Source of the DNA: Catajapyx aquilonaris
Lineage: Eukaryota
NCBI GenBank assembly: GCA_000934665.2
Contig: KZ538927.1
Location: 1 to 39,945, forward strand
Direction of reading: 5' to 3'
DNA length: 39,945 nucleotides
Both the position numbers and the translations under genes were made by a program. The notes beneath the pieces are model-generated. The model had not been told where the DNA came from. It searched no databases and worked only from the letters and a program-made list of their open reading frames with translations. How positions within the stretch are numbered: position 1 is the first letter of the stretch; every line of letters begins with the position of its first letter. This document shows positions 36,700-39,945 of the stretch, piece after piece.

Positions 36700-37731
36700 T
36701 ATCAGCAGCAGAAAGAGAAGGTGGAAAGGACGGGCAAAAACCACTGCCCTAATTTCTACGGTGTCATGAATATTTTCACTCGTGATATTCAATACGATTC
36801 AGTCTTTAAAGGCTTTCAAAGCTAGGCTTATTCATTTGGAAGACAGTTTACCCTGGTCCAACCAGTCTGGTTCTGGGTATGGTATTGAGAGAATGATGGC
36901 GTTAAGTTTGGAGATTGCTGTAAAATGATAATTTAATGCGAGCCATCTTCATGAGCATCTAACTATCTTACGTAATATGCCACAGCAAAAGGGCAAAACT
37001 TTTGCCCTACGCGGATATTTTTGTAGCATGCTTAGAAAGTTATCTCAGATCGTGCTGGCAAAAATTTTGTGGACACTCAAAAGGTCCAGGAAATAGCTCC
37101 AGAATGCCTGTAGGTAGTGGCGCACTGGGCATCAAACACTATGAAGATCTCGTTCGAGTCTGGAGCAGCAGCAGCTGGTACCCATAAGCCCACTTCGGCT
37201 CACCTGTAACTTACAGAGTTCTTCCTTTCTTAACCCCTTCAGGAAGCAGAAATGCAACTTTTTATAGATGCTTATGTCATGCGGGGCTTTGATAGTACAG
37301 CTTAACTAGTGCCTGCTCAAAAGAAGAAAATAAACTAGACTCCGGTTGTGCCTTCTCCTGAGAAGGTAACAAGAAAGCATGAACCATACCGAATAGGCTC
37401 AATGCGTCTTTGAAATTCGTGTGCCTTCTCATGCAGAAAGTTTAGTGAAGATACGGACACTCCCTCAAAACCCACTAGAATACAGCCCCTTCCCTGGTTG
37501 GAAAATTTATTGTCTGCATTCTTATTATTGGTGCATTCACTACGCTGTTGATGGATTTTGAATGTGGCAGGAAACGAGAAAACCCCGAGAATACCCGTGC
37601 AAGCATGGACAGAACCCGTCAAAACGAACCCTCTTTATTCGACCCATTGCTCAAACTCTGGACCTCAGAGGTAGTGGAAGGCCGTAACTACAGTATAACC
37701 ACTACACCACACCCATAAACTACTTATAATA

Positions 37732-38302
37732 CAGGGTGATTCTCTTGAATGGAAACCCAAACATTCCTCAATAACTTTTTACCTATGGTAGGCCTATGGT
37801 TCCCGGTGAAAATTGACATGTACTTACCTTGTATCATGCCAAACGAGGTCTGACTAAAGAATATACCAAAAGTGGTCCCCTCCAGCATCCAAGAATTTTT
37901 AATGCGAGTCTGCATCTTTACCGAAGACTTCTGCCGACTGGCGGCGGGGATGGCTCAATCTCCAGCCCGCCCGCCCGCTTCGCAAGGGGCAATCTCAAGG
38001 CAACGGTCCGTTGCCTTGAGATTCCCCCTTGGCACCCCTCTTGAGATACCCCTCTCGCCAAACAAACTGGGTGGTGGGAATGGATGGGATCGCCGCCTTC
38101 AATCGGCAGGAGTCTTCGGCAATATGCAGACTCGGATTTAAAAATTCTTGGATGCTGGAGGGGACCACTTTTGGTATATTCTTTAGTCAGACCTTGTTTG
38201 GCATGGTACAAGGAAAGTACATGTTAATTTTCATCGGGAACCATACCATAGTTAAAAAGTTATTGAGGAATGTTTGGGTTTCCATTCGAGAGAATCACCC
38301 TG
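37732..38302. mobile_element. Tc1/mariner-type spacerless foldback MITE
   Basis: TA|CAGGGTGATTCTCT...AGAGAATCACCCTG|TA; palindromic throughout, centre CAACGG-T-CCGTTG at 38007. Confidence 0.93.
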
Positions 38303-38982
38303 TATAAACCTGAGCTGTGAGAAGTCTCGCCTAGAAGTACAGCAGTCTATATGATAATTTTTTCGTCTCTAATGGTAACTGTGGCCTGGACTGTTCAATA
38401 TATTATTCAGCAATTTTTTGCCGTCTCTATGTGTGGGTGTTTAACAATGTATAATATCACTCGGCTCATTGGATATATACCATGTACTGTACAGTATCTA
38501 CTGGTGGGGTGACACAATCATCGTCAGTGTCACCTGCACGAATGGAGCATATTAAAATCCCTTTTGCTTTCACCTTCAGCTCCAAAGTTAGACAATGACC
38601 AGTTTGGAAATACTCGTATTTTCACGACTGATCTAGATGAAAGTGTAGGCATATTATTTCTTAGAAGGATATCTTATAAGGAAGACTGTGGCTTGTTGGC
38701 TCACTTTTTACATTTTCTTTTTTTCTGACGTCAGTTAACTAATTCACTGTAATTTTTATATTAATAAATTATTCACACATTTACGTACATAAGGTATGTA
38801 ATATTTTTCCATGCTTGCATTTTAGATATGCTATCCGCTAAAAATTATTTTAAAAAACCTCTGTACGTGTGCCAACATGCCCCGGGCATGGGGCACGTTG
38901 GCACAGCAATATAAGAAAAAGGTAGGGCTTATGAAATAATATGAAAATCACTTCCACACACATTATCGATTCATATCCATAT

Positions 38983-39170
38983 ACAATAAAACTTCTATAA
39001 GTCGAACTTCCCTAAGTCGAAGAAAATGATGAGCTTGGTTGGTCACAATGTAAAATATAATAGGAAATAAACTTCCCTAACTCGAATTTCTATAACTCGA
39101 AGTGCAGGCAGGGCCTTACGATGGGATATTATAAATGAATTGTCAGTCTCCCTAAGTCCAAGTTCATGTT
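38983..39170 (+). mobile_element. pogo-like MITE left-end fragment
   Basis: TA|CAATAAAACTTCTATAAGTCGAA with repeated CT(A/C).TAA(G/C)TCGAA motifs; no right end seen. Confidence 0.45.
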
Positions 39171-39319
39171 GGCGAGTACGGAAAATTGTCTCATTTCCCA
39201 TCCGAAGGGTCTAGAGTAGGCCACATGTACAGAAAGGCTCAATTTCCTGATCCCCGTCTACCAGAGTCACTGAAAGAAGTGTTTGACTCGATTGTGACAA
39301 TTGAATCCTTGAATCTAAG

Positions 39320-39490
39320 CAGGGATGGGCAGTATTTAAATACAAATGTATTTAAATACGTATTTAAATACTTCTTGGTATTTAGATATGTATTTATAAC
39401 TACATTGATTTTCCTGTATTTAAATACTGTATTTCAATACATTTCTGAGTATTTAAATACAGAAGTATTTAAATACATATCGTAAATACT
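39320..39490 (+). mobile_element. hAT-like MITE end with GTATTTAAATAC repeats
   Basis: CAGGGATGGGCA followed by tandem palindromic GTATTTAAATAC units; explains the low-complexity ORF 39186-39485. Confidence 0.55.
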
Positions 39491-39945
39491 TTCCCTAATT
39501 CCCTTTTAATATTATTTGCATAATTCTTAATTCTCATTCCTATAATGAAATAAAAGCAGCTAATTGGCAGCTTTTTCTCCTAGGCAGCTTGCAGCATGAT
39601 ACGAGGCGCATCCAGAAAGTAAGTTCCGTTTTTTTTAATTAGACAAATTCCAATGCACCCCCAGAATTTTTATTTTTACACATCTGAAATCGACAACTGT
39701 CTACATTTTTGCAAAATAGTTTCCAGCCAAATCGAGGCATTTTTCATTGAGTTACACACGATTTTGTATGTCTTCTTCTTCTACCCCTGTGATAGAGCCT
39801 GTGGCTCTTTTAGGGGAGGTGGGATACCACCATATTTTCTTAATTATTTTTGGTTTTTATTCAACTCCGGTGCAGGGAAATCAAGGACATTGGGTAAGGG
39901 TAGGGATTTTTGGGGAGGGAACGTAGGTGCAGGTGCAATGTCTCA

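Noticed and set aside
38868..38905. GC-rich 16-bp hairpin as terminator or Helitron 3' end
   Set aside because: No T-tract or CTRR follows; function cannot be supported.

Overview
Eukaryotic, most likely arthropod/insect, genomic DNA with one N-gap (2606-2658). The only supported host coding sequence is six minus-strand exons (34391 down to 12044; 798 nt, 266 codons, GT-AG boundaries, frame-consistent) of an ionotropic glutamate receptor of the insect GluR1 (AMPA-like, GluRIA/IB) type. They cover the end of the amino-terminal domain and the start of the S1 ligand-binding segment; I did not find the adjacent exons in the window. The rest is intronic and packed with small non-autonomous elements whose termini and target-site duplications can be read directly: Tc1/mariner foldbacks, pogo-, piggyBac-, Kolobok-, Sola2-, Academ-, ISL2EU-, Harbinger- and hAT-like MITEs, tRNA-derived SINEs, tail-only retro-insertions and DINE-1/Helentron-like repeats. 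The most notable patterns are a foldback built from two inverted copies of a transposase 3' end, two homologous MITEs with diverged outer TIRs, a nested multi-superfamily cluster, and dispersed inverted repeats bracketing frame-symmetric exon pairs. Nearly all ORFs in the supplied track are spurious. Superfamily labels come from terminus/TSD rules only, not database searches. I found no clear evidence of a wholly new protein-coding system.
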